DNA from: Hydrolagus affinis
Lineage: Eukaryota
Assembly (NCBI GenBank): GCA_012026655.1
Contig: JAAILG010000534.1
Span: 1-64,000 of the forward strand
DNA: 64,000 nt
Direction: 5' to 3'
Below the pieces are notes generated by a model. That model did no database searches. It worked only from the letters and a program-made list of their open reading frames with translations, and had not been told where the DNA came from. This document shows, piece after piece, positions 24,404 to 37,750 of the stretch. A program made the position numbers and the translations under genes. How positions within the stretch are numbered: the first letter of the stretch is position 1; every line of letters starts with the position of its first letter.

Positions 24404-26593
24404 TCCGTTGTTGCGTTATCTCGATAGTAATTCACTCACATTTGGCGTTGCCCAGCTACAGTGTGCCTCAGCGTCAAAGTCCAGAACTGTGTAACCCGCA
24501 CTGCGTTAAAGCAAACACATTCGTTTCTGGTGTTTTCACCGAGGATCAACACTTGCGCTCATGTATTGTGAGCTTGTTCAGTTGTTTGCCTTGTGAGCAG
24601 CTGATCCTTGAGAACAGAACAAACTGTGCTTGTCAAGCTTTCCAAACAGTACAAGAAATGTAGAATCAGCCCACATTTCCTGAACTCTTAGCTCTCGCAT
24701 GTATGGGATGGTGAGGAGGGAAAAACATTTCTTCCCATGGTTGCCATTAGGTCTGGTTTGGGAAGTGTTGAGTGGAGATCCATTTCGCACAGAGGATCTA
24801 TGAAGGTTACATGTGCTACTATGTAAAGATTACCCTTCTTTGAACAAACTGGTAAGCAAAGGACTGTGTTATGAAACACAACCAGGTAAACCTACTTCTG
24901 ATCCCTGTTTACGGTATGGTGGAGATTAGTTTGATAAAGATGAGTCTGTTTCTATTATTTCCTGGAGCAGAAGTAGAACCTTGTTCGATGCGTTCGATGC
25001 ATAAAGAAAACTCAATGTTAAATGGAGTGCACCCAAGCCAAACTGAGCATCTATAGACTTACTTTCAATTGTAATTCATGCGCTGGGTAGAGAACATGTA
25101 CATATAGATATACACAAATGTGTATACAAGCAGCTCTTCATTAAAATGATAGAGAGAAATATACACTTAAGTAATGATAATGCCAGTTTGGGAAGACATC
25201 AAGCTGCAATTCTTGAGACCTGTTGCCTGGTCGATTAAGCAAGTGGCACACAGATCCATCTTAACATCAGCACACTCCATTATTGTCCTCTGAAGGATCT
25301 TGAGCTGAGTGGAGTCCACTTATTAAAATGAAGCACAGCTTGCACGAGAATCATTGTACATGCTGGCATGCTACATATGGTTTTAAATGACACAGGAACT
25401 CTGCCTTTGGTGTGCCAAGATGAAGTGCAACAGAAAAGCTGGCTGTAAAATGGAGACTAGCTGAAGGCACAAAAGGCTACATGGCAATTAAACTGACAAT
25501 AGATCACTGAAAAAGCAGACTTCTCTCTTTGCTGCATACGGGGAGATGTAGCGAGTGACCGTAGCTAGGGCTCAGCTTCTGAACAGTACAGTTCACCCCA
25601 CAAGGATATGAGCAGCAAAGCCCATGGAATGAGGCTGAATAGCTTGACTCAAGCAGACAATCGCAGTGGAGCCCAAAGTATATAATCCCAGGCTTGACCC
25701 AGAGACTGTTCTGGATTGTGTCAAATGTAATTTGACTTAATGCACAAAGCGTAGCTCTGAGAAATCTGTCTCACAAAATCATTGGTTGTGAAATTTGTGA
25801 CTTTTTAAAAAAAAACAGGTTCCACGTTTTAATTTGACATTGCAATTTTCACTTCATTGTTTTATTCATGCCACGAATGCTTATCTGTTGTGTTTTTTTT
25901 GACGAATATATCTCAGTGTTGTATAGCATTGGAGCCAGACACCAAAACCATTCCCATCCCACAACAGCCAAACCAGACAGCCAACCAGACAGACAGACAG
26001 CCCCCACACATCCCTGTTCAACACAGAGAAAACCAGACAGTTGCAAATCTGCCAATAGTGGAGATGCCAAGAGTGGTTTATCTTTCCACTATTTCCCTTT
26101 TTAATGTCTGCTATAAATATGTTGTGTTTATTTCGAAGCCCTTCTCTGTCCTAAGATTGATCGAATTAGATTTGGGAATGCGCGGAGAGAATGTCACAAA
26201 TAAAACACCATTAGCCTTGGGCTACAAATGTTGGATTTCAGAGGATATTTCAATCTCAGCAGGATCAGCTCATTAAGATTTCTGCTGATTCACAGCAGTT
26301 TGAAAATATCATTGAGAATCTTTGCAACATGAAGTATTTAAATGCAAAGGGTTGATGCTGTTTGACAGCGTGGTGAGGAGAATGTTATTTTTTTTAAACG
26401 CTCCGAATAAATTAATATTGAATTAACAGCGCTTCGGTAAATTTTCTTCTAAACAAGGTAATTGTTACTGTTTTTTTTAAAAATCCAACTGTCTCAAACA
26501 TAAATATATTTCTCACTTGCAATGTCGGGTGTCTGATGAGCATATTTATCTCATTCATGTAGAAACTGATAACACTGGTCTATCTGTCAATTA

Positions 26594-26750
26594 AATAATC
26601 CTTGCATTTGATTTAGCACCTTTTCAAGTCAAAGCACTTCCCAGAGGTTTTTTTTAATGAAGTGTAATGATTGTGTATTTGTAGTCAAACTCAACAGCCA
26701 ATTTTCACACATCAATTGTCACACAAAACAGCCAGGAAATTATTTGCCAA
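26594..26750 (-). mobile_element. Degraded SINE 3' fragment
   Basis: aataatccttgcatttga...caaagcacttc...cagccaatt. Confidence 0.65.
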
Positions 26751-27769
26751 TTTTTAAATAAATGAAGACATATCAATATTTAATAATGCGCAGGGAACAA
26801 CAACCTGCTTGCAGTGAGTCTGGGTAATAATCACGAGGTTCATATCATGTCATGAATTCTGAGATGAGAACACCCTCTGGAAATCCCTCCAGGGTGTTTA
26901 TTAGTTTGCATTTTTATTATATTTGGGGGCTGTTCTTTTGTTATTATTATTGTTAATAGGATTTTGTCAGAAAACTGATAGGCAAATGTTTCCAAGTTGC
27001 ACAGAGTGAGATAAGGCCCAGTTATTGCAAATTAATGAAGTGAGGGGAGTGCATTACTGAAAACACCACTGAGTTATGTCAGTAGAATTAGCTGAGATTT
27101 ATTGATGATTCTGTTCTAAATGCTGTTTCCCAAACCACAGACTGGATGAAGGTGTGCACATGGATAATTATTTATAAATAAGGGCACAATTACACGCATT
27201 TAAATCTTATTTTTTAAAAAGTCTTCTTTCTAACGCTCTTTATTTGGCTGATTTGTATGTACTAAATCTCCAGGATAATGCCTGCTGGTGATGAATGGCA
27301 GTACTGAGATTTTGTAGTTGCTGGTGCTTTCACAGATATATGTGGAGCTGACAACCTTACACTGAATGAAAGAAGCCCCTGAAATAAAGTTATTGAAATG
27401 TCTTCAGGAAATATCTGACAAGATGCATCAGTACAATTACCAGGGTAACAGCTGTGATATTCAGACTAAATCTAAGACTGTATTACACAGTGCAGTGCTG
27501 TTCTATGAACAGAATCCAGAAAGCATTAAAGGCCATATTGGCTACTCAAAAAACATTCTGAAGATCTTTCAGGCACCTTTTTACATTCTGGAGTATGGCA
27601 GCCAATATGGGCTATTATTTCAAGGCTCTCCAGGTCAGACTAAATAATCCCTATTCCAATCTAGACATTACTATCTGTCCTCTAGTCAAATTCTAATACT
27701 GTAGTTCCTTCCTCAATACTTGCAGAGCTTGTTGGATGGTAGATTAAAGTACTGTAGATCTATTCAATT

Positions 27770-27890
27770 CACTGCTGTGTTTCGCCTACAAAATATGCAA
27801 TTTGCTTTACAGTATATTCCGTGAAGCACTTGGAGATGTCTCAAAGACGTGATGAGGTGTTATATCAAAGGCAATAATTATTATTATTTT
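27770..27890 (+). mobile_element. SINE 3' fragment
   Basis: gtttcgcctacaaa...ctttacagtatattccgtgaagcacttggagatgtc...tatatcaaa. Confidence 0.8.
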
Positions 27891-29926
27891 AAACCTGGAT
27901 GTTGTCCTACAATGTAGTCTTTTGTCTTCGATAAAATGGTCCTTATAATTCCTATACATGAAAAATATATAAACCGGCTATATACTGTATTGTACCTCAA
28001 TTACACTACCAACTGTAACTCACTTATGGAAATTGTATTTATACTACCTGAAATCTTTGTTACCTTACTGTTTGGGATATCCATTATACCATAGGTTAAA
28101 TATTGACGGATGTATGATGTTTCTCACTTTGATACTGGAGAGCCCTTTAACTGATATAAATCATCATCCGATGGCCCCTAACCTCCCATGTTGACAGAAT
28201 TTATTCTGAGGAAAAACGATTTGCTGAGGTTTTGACCCAAAAAGTCATAACTATGTTATCAGTTGGATTCAGTTTACCTGTCTGTGTTCTCTTAGTACAA
28301 TAGATACCAAAACAAACGTTTACTGATAATATCACAAATTACAACTGATTAAAACATATTTCTGGAAGTGATCTTCAATTCCGGCTTACAGCTGTAAAAT
28401 TAATGTCATCAACCAAATGTATATTGAATGGAATTAGTAATTCAAAGTAATTGTTAACATTTTAAATATTTAACTGAAATATTCTGGCATTAACTTTCAT
28501 CCAGTAAATGAGTCACTTTATAATCATTTGTGTTGAATTCAAATAAAGAAAAATCTGATATGAATTAGTTAATTCTGCAAACATTCCATTGTAGTTTAAT
28601 TCCATCCTTCAGAAGAAAGCTGTAGGAAGTTTACTGCATAGAGAATAATGGAGTCAATACAAGTCACAGTCTCATTAAGAGGTTCAATTAAATGTCATAA
28701 ACATCAAAAGTGATATGCGTTATAGCTAAAGTCGTTTATAACCAGAAATGAACTTACAGTCTTTAAACCAGTCTTTAGTTTATCTCTTATTCTTATAGTG
28801 GATAGTTTATGAGATTTTAATTTTTTTTAAATGGTGAGTAGTAACATTTGTTAAATTCACATCATCAATATATGATGGCCTTCACATTAAAGGAGTAAGG
28901 GTTGTGATGCCATTAATTCAAGTCTATTGATAAATAATCAATAAGATGATGATGAGAAGATAACACATCCATTATATATTGGGACTAATTAACAATTATC
29001 TCTAAAATTGGAAAGCGCTTTGAATATATTGTTACTAATCTAAATTTTTTATGGACGTTTCAAACTGAAGAGGAAAAAGAAACATTTAAACATTCAAAAA
29101 CTTATCAAAAAGTCATTATTCATTCTGAATTTTACATAAATTGGAATGAACTAATCTTGAAATAATGCTTATAGACTTTCCATGACAGGGAAGATTTGTC
29201 ATGCAAATTGTTAAAATGTCTTCTGCAGGCACATGTATAACTGCATTGGATTAATTTGCCATTCAGTAGCGTTGGGTAGGAGTTTCTTTCACGAGTCTTT
29301 TAAAGGAATCCCTTCGATGTTCCAGCAAATTAATGTCCGGGTTATATTTCTGGGCTGGAGTCTTTAGGGACTTGCACTTACTTATCCTATCTCAACAGTG
29401 CGAAACCGGAGATATTCTCCCTCTGACCCAAATACAATATATACAACACCCACGGATCTGAAATTCCGACTGGTGTCATGAATAGTGACATTGACCATGT
29501 TGACTTCTAATAAAATTTCCTCATTTCCTCATCACTAAAGTTGCTGTACACTATAGGACTGTAATTTTAGATCAACTCAGACCAACTGATCTTACAATCA
29601 ACATGCAAAAAAATGTTGGGAGGTTTCTTTTAAAACAAAAGGCCTATGTCCACCTCCACCTCTTCCCCCTCCTTACTAAATTATTATTTGGGAGGATTTT
29701 TCACTGTCTACATATAAAAGTGAGTGGTGTAATGTTGTTACGTTCCATGATACAAGTGTAGCCTTCATCTTGATTTGCTTTTGGTCAACTCAACACAATT
29801 CATTGGGCCTTTTCACGCCTGGAAGCCATTAGCCCAACTTCAGGATTACCTGAATGGCAAATACCAATTAGGTATTTGCTTTCTAATCTCTGTGGCAATA
29901 TCAGAGAGTTTGTTATTTTACCCTCA

Positions 29927-30240
29927 GTGGAGTCCTGTAGCTCAGTGGTTAGAGACCTCGCCTTACAAGCATGAGACCTGTGTTCGAATCCAGGCAGGTC
30001 AGGGTGAAACCTTGGGCAAGTTTCCTTACTCTACACGTCTGATAATAATAATCCCTCCAAAAAAACAACAATAATAAATTGGTAATTTCAATCCACGACT
30101 GTTTGTAGGACACTGCTGTGCGCAATTTTGCCCACAAAAAAATATATAGTCAATTCACTTGACAGTACATTCTGTGAAGTGCTTTGAGATGTCTAGCAGA
30201 CATGAAAAGTGCTTTATCAAAATGCAAGGATTCTCATTAT
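29927..30240 (+). mobile_element. Full-length tRNA-derived SINE
   Basis: gtggagtcctgtagctcagtgg head, gttcgaatcc B box, body and tail. Confidence 0.92.
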
Positions 30241-30599
30241 AGTATCACCCCAATGAGCTTCAATTACACAAATTATCAGATATTGATGTAGCCCCGTTTA
30301 AAGGCATTACATAATCCAGAATTATCTACAGATTTTTTTTTCTGCTTCATGTATCTGCTATCTTGTGGGGAAAAAGATCTAAATTTGTACGGCGTGAATT
30401 TTGTATTTGTGCCTCCAGTCCTATCATTGATAAATAATCAATAAGAATCTCCAGTTCACAGAGAACAAAATAGATTCCTTTTATCAATCTGTAAACTATA
30501 TGTTTTATTATTATTACAACTATATGTTTTCAGATTTGTATTTACTCTCCAGTAAGAACAATTGTCTCTCTATCTATCTCAGTCTTTCTTCATCACTTA

Positions 30600-31020
30600 T
30601 TCCTTTAAGACCTGAAATTATCGGGTTACACTGAAAGCTTTCCAACCTCTTTGATGTTCCTTTGTAGTAAGTTGGTGAAAACTGCACAATCTATTCCAGT
30701 ATCAACCTCAAAAGATCATTATATAAGGGTGGCATAACTTGTGTTAACTTGTATTCAATGCTCTCCAAAATGATTCCATGTACTCGATCTATATGGTAGA
30801 TAACTACTTAATTTGACTTGTTGCCTCCAGGTTAAGATTAATGATTAAACCCTAATCTTTTAATTTGTCTGGTTTGATCCCACAAGTTAAACTAAGCAAA
30901 CAAGAGGCTGGACATTTGAAATTCACACATTCTTTAGATTTTATTTGGGGTATCTTATTCAGCCCTTTCATTATTTTCTGAAGGCAGCAGATAGTTAATT
31001 CTTTCCAAATGCATATATGC
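30600..31020 (-). mobile_element. Highly degraded CR1 ORF2 fragments
   Basis: The minus-strand ORF contains QKIMKGLNKI (CR1 FKIMKG.D motif). Weaker CR1-like similarity near 30680-30790. Confidence 0.45.
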
Positions 31021-32169
31021 AACAGAGTCTGATTAAGCAGGGTTTCCTCCTTGAGAGAATTACACCCTGTATTGTGCAACTGAGTAAGTTTGCTCTCCAG
31101 TAGATACACTTTGCTCTACATTTCCAGGGGGGAGTTTTGTCCTAATAAAATAATCTGCGAGATCCATTCAGGCAGATACTTATTTTCTGATATGATGTAT
31201 GTTTTACCATCATTGGTACCAAAGTGTTCTTGACATTCATCAGGAATGCAGCAAGATTTTTTTGACCCAGCTAATTTTTTCTTTCGGATACACTTAGTTT
31301 TATGCATTGACAGATGGAGTTGAGAACAGGTGATCCTCAGTTCCATTTTGCCAGCAATTGACTTTCAGTTATAACTGAGTTCACCTCCCCAGATAATTTG
31401 AGTCAAAAAGCATTGACTGGGGATAGTGTTAAAGGATAAGAAAAAAAACTTTGCGCACACTGATGCAATTTTCATGCAAGATAATCATGCAAGCCAGTCG
31501 GGTTTCGATTCGAAGTGCTGAAATAGCAATGCAATTTTGTTGATAACATCTTCATGGTCCTGTTTAAAATTCCAATCGCTTTAAGGTGATCTGTACAGTA
31601 GATTGGAGATTGGGTAGATAGTAGATTGTATGTAATTAAGATTCAGGTTGTCACTACATATTAGTTCATCTCCATTTAAACATGAAACAAAGCAAATGAG
31701 GTTGAAACAAATTAATGAAATGGATGGCACACTGTTAGCCTTGGGCTTCATTTTAATATTGCTCAAATGGAGCCCAGATACAAATCACCATTGCCATCTT
31801 TGCAGTATTCATATGTGAAATTGCTCAAATTCATATTGGGTTTGAAATCTCTGCCACGGAATAGGCAGCACTCTTTAATTCCTTTCTGCTTTTTTTTGGT
31901 GTCACAATCAAGTGATTACTTTGCTGAGTAATAGAAAATTATTTCCACTCCCAGTTCCCTACAGCATCAATTATCTATTGGGAGAAGACATCTTCAGAGT
32001 AGGATTAACCAGCGGATACTTTAAGGTCATATGTGAGTATTTACTGGAGATACATTCAGTCACACGTTAGACCAATTCTGCTTCAGTCACTGCAGACACA
32101 GATATGCTGACAGCTCAGGTTTCAGCGAGACCTCTGCAGCTATCAAGTATCCCCACATTAGTGCCATAG

Positions 32170-32491
32170 GTGGAGTCCTGTAGCTCAGTGGTCAGAGCAG
32201 TCGCCTTACAAGCGTGAGACCTGTGTTCGAATCCTGACAGGTCAGGGCGAAACTTTGGGCAAGTTTTCTTACTCCACACACCTAATAATAATCCGTCCAA
32301 AAAAAAACAATAATAAAATTGGTTATTTCAATCCATGACTGTTTGTGGGACACTGCTGTGGGCAATTGGCTCCTGTGTTTTGCCCACAAATACACAGTCA
32401 ATTCACTTTGCAGTATATTCTGTGAAGCGCTTTGAGACGTCGATAAGATGTGAAAAGTGCTACATCAAAATGCAAGGATTATTCTTATTAT
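32170..32491 (+). mobile_element. Full-length tRNA-derived SINE
   Basis: Head, A and B boxes, body and tail are all present. Confidence 0.92.
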
Positions 32492-32599
32492 AGATACAGA
32501 TATCCATGAGGACTTGATTTAGGTATTCAGGTTAGCATTATCTAGCTCACATGGATTGCCATTGCAATTCAGAAAAGAAGAAAGTGAATCAACATCAAT

Positions 32600-33260
32600 G
32601 CTGTTTATATTTTCATTCAAGACAGACTGGGACGAGTGAGAAAATGTCTCCAGGGAAGAAATGTCCAAATGAAATAACAGTAAGTAATGAGGTAGAGAAA
32701 GGTTGCAGTCCGCAGGGGAATGAGGGAGGGATGCTTTTGAGGAAGGGAGAAAAATGGGCTAAAGGAGACAGAGAAACCTGAGGGAGAGTGCACGTAAGTA
32801 GCAGCAGAAGAAGAGGAGTTGAGAGAAGAATGATATTGGAGAAACAACTGAAGAAGGCCACGAATGGTGAAGAGTTGGCCAGAATTTGCATAAGGAGAAT
32901 AATCAAGCTCAGATGTTAATTGTTTGGTTTATTGAGGTGAGAAGTGAATCACTCGATGGGTCAAACAGGATCAGGCTATTTCAATGACCAAGGACTGAGG
33001 TTGGTGAAAGTGTTGGATTGAAGAAGTGTATTTGGAGTGAGATGAAATGAAACATCTTAGAATATATCCACGGTGCGGTGTCATTTATTTCTTATGAGAA
33101 ATGTAACAATTGTGGGTAATGTGGTGTCTAGTAGCAGAGAGCGTGTTAGATGCGAGATTAATTTAAGAGGGAAATGATTAAAAAGGGAAAAGGAAGAAAC
33201 GTACATCAGCAGATTGGGTGATACACTGTAGTGACTCTGGACTTTGGAACAAGGCTGGTT
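32600..33260 (-). mobile_element. Possible ancient L2 ORF2 relic
   Basis: Purine-rich plus strand typical of antisense L2. Reverse complement aattctggccaactcttcacc (NSGQLFT) resembles the L2 N.R.LF motif. Confidence 0.35.
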
Positions 33261-33954
33261 CAACGTGTAATCAGCAATATTTACTTTGTTTAAATCCGTT
33301 GTTAGATTTCCCAGGTCTTGTTGATATTTGATCAGTTGAAGCCAGGGTCATTTTCAATTTTTAAAAAATGGACTCTTTTGTTGTGCTACCTGATGTAAAA
33401 GATTACCACCCAATCTATCATTTGTCTTTGGTTCTCAAAGTATTTTGAAATACGCAACATTGGGGGTGTAGGCTCAGTTTTAGAAAATCAAAGCAGGTTT
33501 TGCATGCCAGCAAAGCGTGAGATTGGCAACGAGAATCAACAAGGGCCCTGTTCTCTTTGGCAACTGATAAGAGCACAATGTTTACTCTCTAACTCTGCGT
33601 GTGACCTTTTTGTCCTCTACTTGGGGGCGATTAAAGGAATTTCATTTGATAAGGTTTCCTCCTATCAAATAACCAATCTAATTCGTGTCTGATCAGAATG
33701 CCAACAACTTGCGAGTGGTTTCTTTTGAAAGAAAGGGTTTATTGAGCGGGACTGGCAGAGGTCTGTGAACAGGCCATCGGTCACACCATTACTGTTGGGA
33801 GTTGTGCACGCAATAGGGACAAGGGTTGTGAAGAGAGAAAAAAACAATTTGCGGAATGGGCAAATACACTCAGACAAAGTCTTATTTGTACTGCATTCAG
33901 TCACATTGCTCACAGTCTGACTGCATTCTACTGGCTGTTGATTTTGCGTTGGAA

Positions 33955-34173
33955 TAATTCTACTCTAAGTGATTTGCCTGAAAAGGTGGAGGAGGCAGAT
34001 TCCATAACAGCTTTTAAAAGGGAACTGGGTCTTTATTTAGGAAGAGCAGGTCTGTTAGGTTATGGGGAGAAAGCTGGGCAGTGGGATTGAGTTGCTCTGT
34101 TCAAAGAGTCGGCACAGACTAGATGGGCCGAATGGCCTCCTTTTGTGCCGTATAATTCTGTGATTCTATGATT
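33955..34173 (+). mobile_element. CR1 LINE 3' end
   Basis: Reads LPEKVEEADSITAFKRELG, then gatgggccgaatggcctcct and terminal attctgtg/attctatg repeats. Confidence 0.9.
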
Positions 34174-35659
34174 TGTGCAAGATTTGGAAGACGGTTGGAA
34201 AAGCTAAGCATCGATGAATTTCAACAGAAAGGAGTTGAAAAAGGTTATTAAAATGATTTGATCTTGTTGAACATTGATGAACTCACTAGGTTACAGATAA
34301 TATTAAATCCACTAAGTCAAGAAAGATAGGAAAATGCATGTCATTAATAGTGAGAGCGTGCAAAGCGTATGCATAATCAAATTAGAGTCCCAGTATAAAC
34401 TCAAGTCCAGTCAATCTTATGAAATGATACAGATGCAAACTAGAAATATTAAAGTCTCTTTCATAGTCTCATTAAAATTATACTGTAGGTGGATTTCCCA
34501 ACTTGGAATTTTTGTAAGTAATGACTATATGTAATGTAGTTAATGACATGCTAAGTGTTTAATTTTCATTTGAGCAGTAATAAAGTCAGTTCTCAAAGTT
34601 AGGAATAGGTTTTACACAGTAGAACTTTCTTTACATTATTTAATTATTCGTTTATAAATCAAATTAACTTAGGAAGGTTTCAATGTTATCTGGCATTCCC
34701 TATTAGTTATAAGTCAAACTCAGACTAGAATGTGAGGCTATTAAAAAAAAACTAACAGTCATAATGAAGGTTTTTTTAATCTTTTATTCTGCTCCTCACA
34801 ATGACTTATAGGCCAAATCACCTAATGTTACATCTCCTTTATATTTGCTACATTTTCCCTTGTTTTAAGGATCAGAATCCTGTCAGCTTCAAACATGAAA
34901 TTTATATAACATGCAAAGTAACACAAACTCTTTTTGAAAGCTTGGTTTTACTTCTATTAGGATTAACATCAGAGTGCAATCAGTCTATAAATAAACATTA
35001 TCAAAACAAATATTTTTAACTTAATTTCACAGTCAATTTTGGATTTCCTTTTTCTAATATTGTATTAGATTTTGCACTGCAGTAATCAAAAAAGCTTTTG
35101 ATTTTCCATTTTTTGTAATATAGAGTAATTTGCCAATATCTTTCACATCATTTTGAATGAATTTATCTACCTTAACTGCACTTGCAATGATTTAATGTGG
35201 CACTGATGAACCAAATTAGATTTTTTTCCCCCCAAATGATTAATTTCTGTTTGTTAATCCTCATGTAGTAGAATTCACATGAGTTATATTAGTCGTGACC
35301 AAAGCATTACAGATGACTTACAAGTTATGGGCAAACTGCACAATTCATATAAAAGCTGATTGGATCAATGCCTGACTATGTTTCCTGTGATTCAATGAGT
35401 CTTGACCCATCACCACATGTGTAAGCATTGGAATCGCATTGAATCACAGGAAATTAAATTCTGCTGCGCATGATTCAATGGGTTATTTGCCTCGATTCAA
35501 TGCATCCGGTCGGTATGTGTGGGGGAGAATGGAGGATAGGGGAACGGCGTGACTTGTTTGCAGATGAAGTGTGCGACAAGCGCAAAGAAATCGAAGTGGT
35601 TTTGATAGGCGACTGAATGGGACTCGAGTGCATGAACGACTTGGGTGATTATATGTATC

Positions 35660-35733
35660 AATGACTGTCCAGTGCCTTGAGACATCCTCCCGACGTGAAA
35701 GGCGCTATACAAGCGTAATTTTGTTGTTGTTAT
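35660..35733 (+). mobile_element. L2 tail
   Basis: gtgccttgagacatcctcccgacgtgaaaggcgctatac followed by (GTT)n. Confidence 0.85.
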
Positions 35734-36264
35734 TTCTTCTGAGACTGCTTGTCCTACGATTTGCTGTTTCAAATTTAGACATTCTTCTAATCTTGCCAAA
35801 TGACTGTACTTTCATTTTCTGGATCAGTGTTCAACACATTTTGAGACTCTTACAGATGTTTTTACCTGTATCATTTTCATAGTGTACATTCCCGTACAGG
35901 ACAGTTTTTCTTTGTAGTTAATACTGTTCAACAATGTCTGTAGTTGTTTCTTTCCTCATTATTTTTTATTGTTCAATTTCTGGATATATTCCATAATTTC
36001 AATTTCTATCTGGTCCATGCATTGTCAATTCCTTTTATAATTTCAGCACATCTGCAAAAACTCAGACTTGTGCTAAAATTCATCCTAGCTCCTTTGCTAA
36101 TAATCCCTTCTCATTGCAGATTTGTGCCTTAATCTATACTAACAGACTAAAGTCAATACTATATAATGTAATTGCTTTTCATAATACATTGCAGTATATA
36201 ATAATTAAAATGTGTGTAAATCCTAATAACATTATTATGGTGGAATGATGCAATAATATCAATG

Positions 36265-36365
36265 AGTTACTTTCGAGACATCTTCACGGAATATATTGTA
36301 AAGTGGATTGACTGTGTATTTAATGTGGGTAAAACATGGTAATCAATCCTGATTATGCACCACAA
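36265..36365 (-). mobile_element. Degraded SINE 3' fragment
   Basis: cttcacggaatatattgtaaagtggattgactgtgtattt. Confidence 0.7.
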
Positions 36366-36579
36366 TGTGTGTGTGTGGGGGGGGGGGGGGTTTGGTGTGG
36401 GGGGAGGTGGGGGGACCCTTGGTGAAGATTTAAATTCACAGAGATTCAAAATTCCAATCTCCCCTGATAAAAGAGAAATCTCAATGCTGTTTGAACACAA
36501 CTTTTGACGCCCCACTTGAACAACCTAACCTTTTGGATCAGTGACAGTAAAATAAGTAGCCCTCAAAAATGCAGATGGG

Positions 36580-36865
36580 TAATAGTAATCCTTGCATTTG
36601 ATACGGCGCTTTTCATGTCTTCTAGACATCTCAAAGAGCTTAAGAGAATAAACTGTAAAGTGAATTGACTATACATTTGTGGGCAAAACGCAGCAGCCAA
36701 TTGCGCACAGCAGTGTCCCACAAAACAGTCGTGGATTGAAATAACTGATTTTATTATTGTTTTTTTTGGACGGATTATTATTAGGCATGTGGCGTAAGAA
36801 AACTTGCCCAAAGTTTCGCCCTGACCTGCCTGGATTCGAACACAGGTCTCGCGCTTGTAAGGCGC
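36580..36865 (-). mobile_element. tRNA-derived SINE lacking its first ~30 nt
   Basis: Reverse complement is colinear with the full-length copies. Confidence 0.9.
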
Positions 36866-37574
36866 ATAAACAGCATATTGCATTCACTTTGTGAAATTAT
36901 GGGTGATAAATCAAAAGCAAGAATTTTTTTTAACATCATGATGACATAAATCAGACAGGACAGAAAAAGAAGAGCATGTGGGCATAATTTGGATGCCAAT
37001 ACAACAGTTTTCTGACTTGTGGCAAGAGGCAGGAAAGCATTGGGCTGTATCTTTTAATGGTAACAAATGGCTGCACCTGTAGCAAAGGAACATAATTAAA
37101 AAAAAAATTATACATCAACACAAAGTGTATGTGCATGAAAATAACTTCTTCGAAGTGTCTCTATTTTGATTGAATTCATAAAGCAGTGCTTACAGGAAAA
37201 AAGGTTGTCAAGTTCTGTGCACTGCTGGTCAATTTCTGACCTTTAATTGCAATAATGTGTAGCCCTTCCCATCTGATTACATGATGTCCTACATTCTTCC
37301 AACTTTCGAATCTATCGACCCAACCTTTAATTACGAAAAGTACAATCCATTTTGAATTAAACAATACGCAATCTTGTTTCTTCAAATGTGTGCTGCACTA
37401 TTCTTCCCTTCTAATTACAAACTATGGAATGTTGGGACTGGAGACATTTACAGCTACATAGATTATGCAATTAATCAATTTCTATTCCTGTCAGAGGCTC
37501 GGTTTCTCTTTGCAAATGCTGAGTACAGAGATTTCCATTTTCATATCTGTTCTGTTTATAAAGAGTGCATGAAA

Positions 37575-37750
37575 TAATAATAAGAATAATAACCTTTGCA
37601 TTTGATATAGTGCCTTTTCACGTCATCTAGACGTCTCAAAGCGCTTCAAAGAATTGACTGTATATCACTGTAGGCGAAACATGGCAGCCAATCGCGCACA
37701 GCAGTGTCCCACAAACAGTCATGGATTGAAATGACCAATTTTATTATTGA
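37575..37750 (-). mobile_element. SINE 3' half
   Basis: ctttgcatttgatatag...gacgtctcaaagcgcttc...cagtgtcccacaaacagtc. Confidence 0.88.

Noticed and set aside
25857-26276. 139-aa ORF with Q/P/T-rich middle
   Set aside because: It stays open because of low-complexity (caga/ccaa) sequence; no domain features.
26868-26898. Short inverted repeats (aacaccct...agggtgtt; also aataggat...atcctatt at ~23168)
   Set aside because: 8-bp arms are expected by chance in 64 kb, and there is no second copy or TSD.
27486-27525. V(D)J recombination signal (cacagtg ... acagaatcc)
   Set aside because: The spacer is about 16 nt rather than 12 or 23, the nonamer is imperfect, and there is no adjacent V or J segment.
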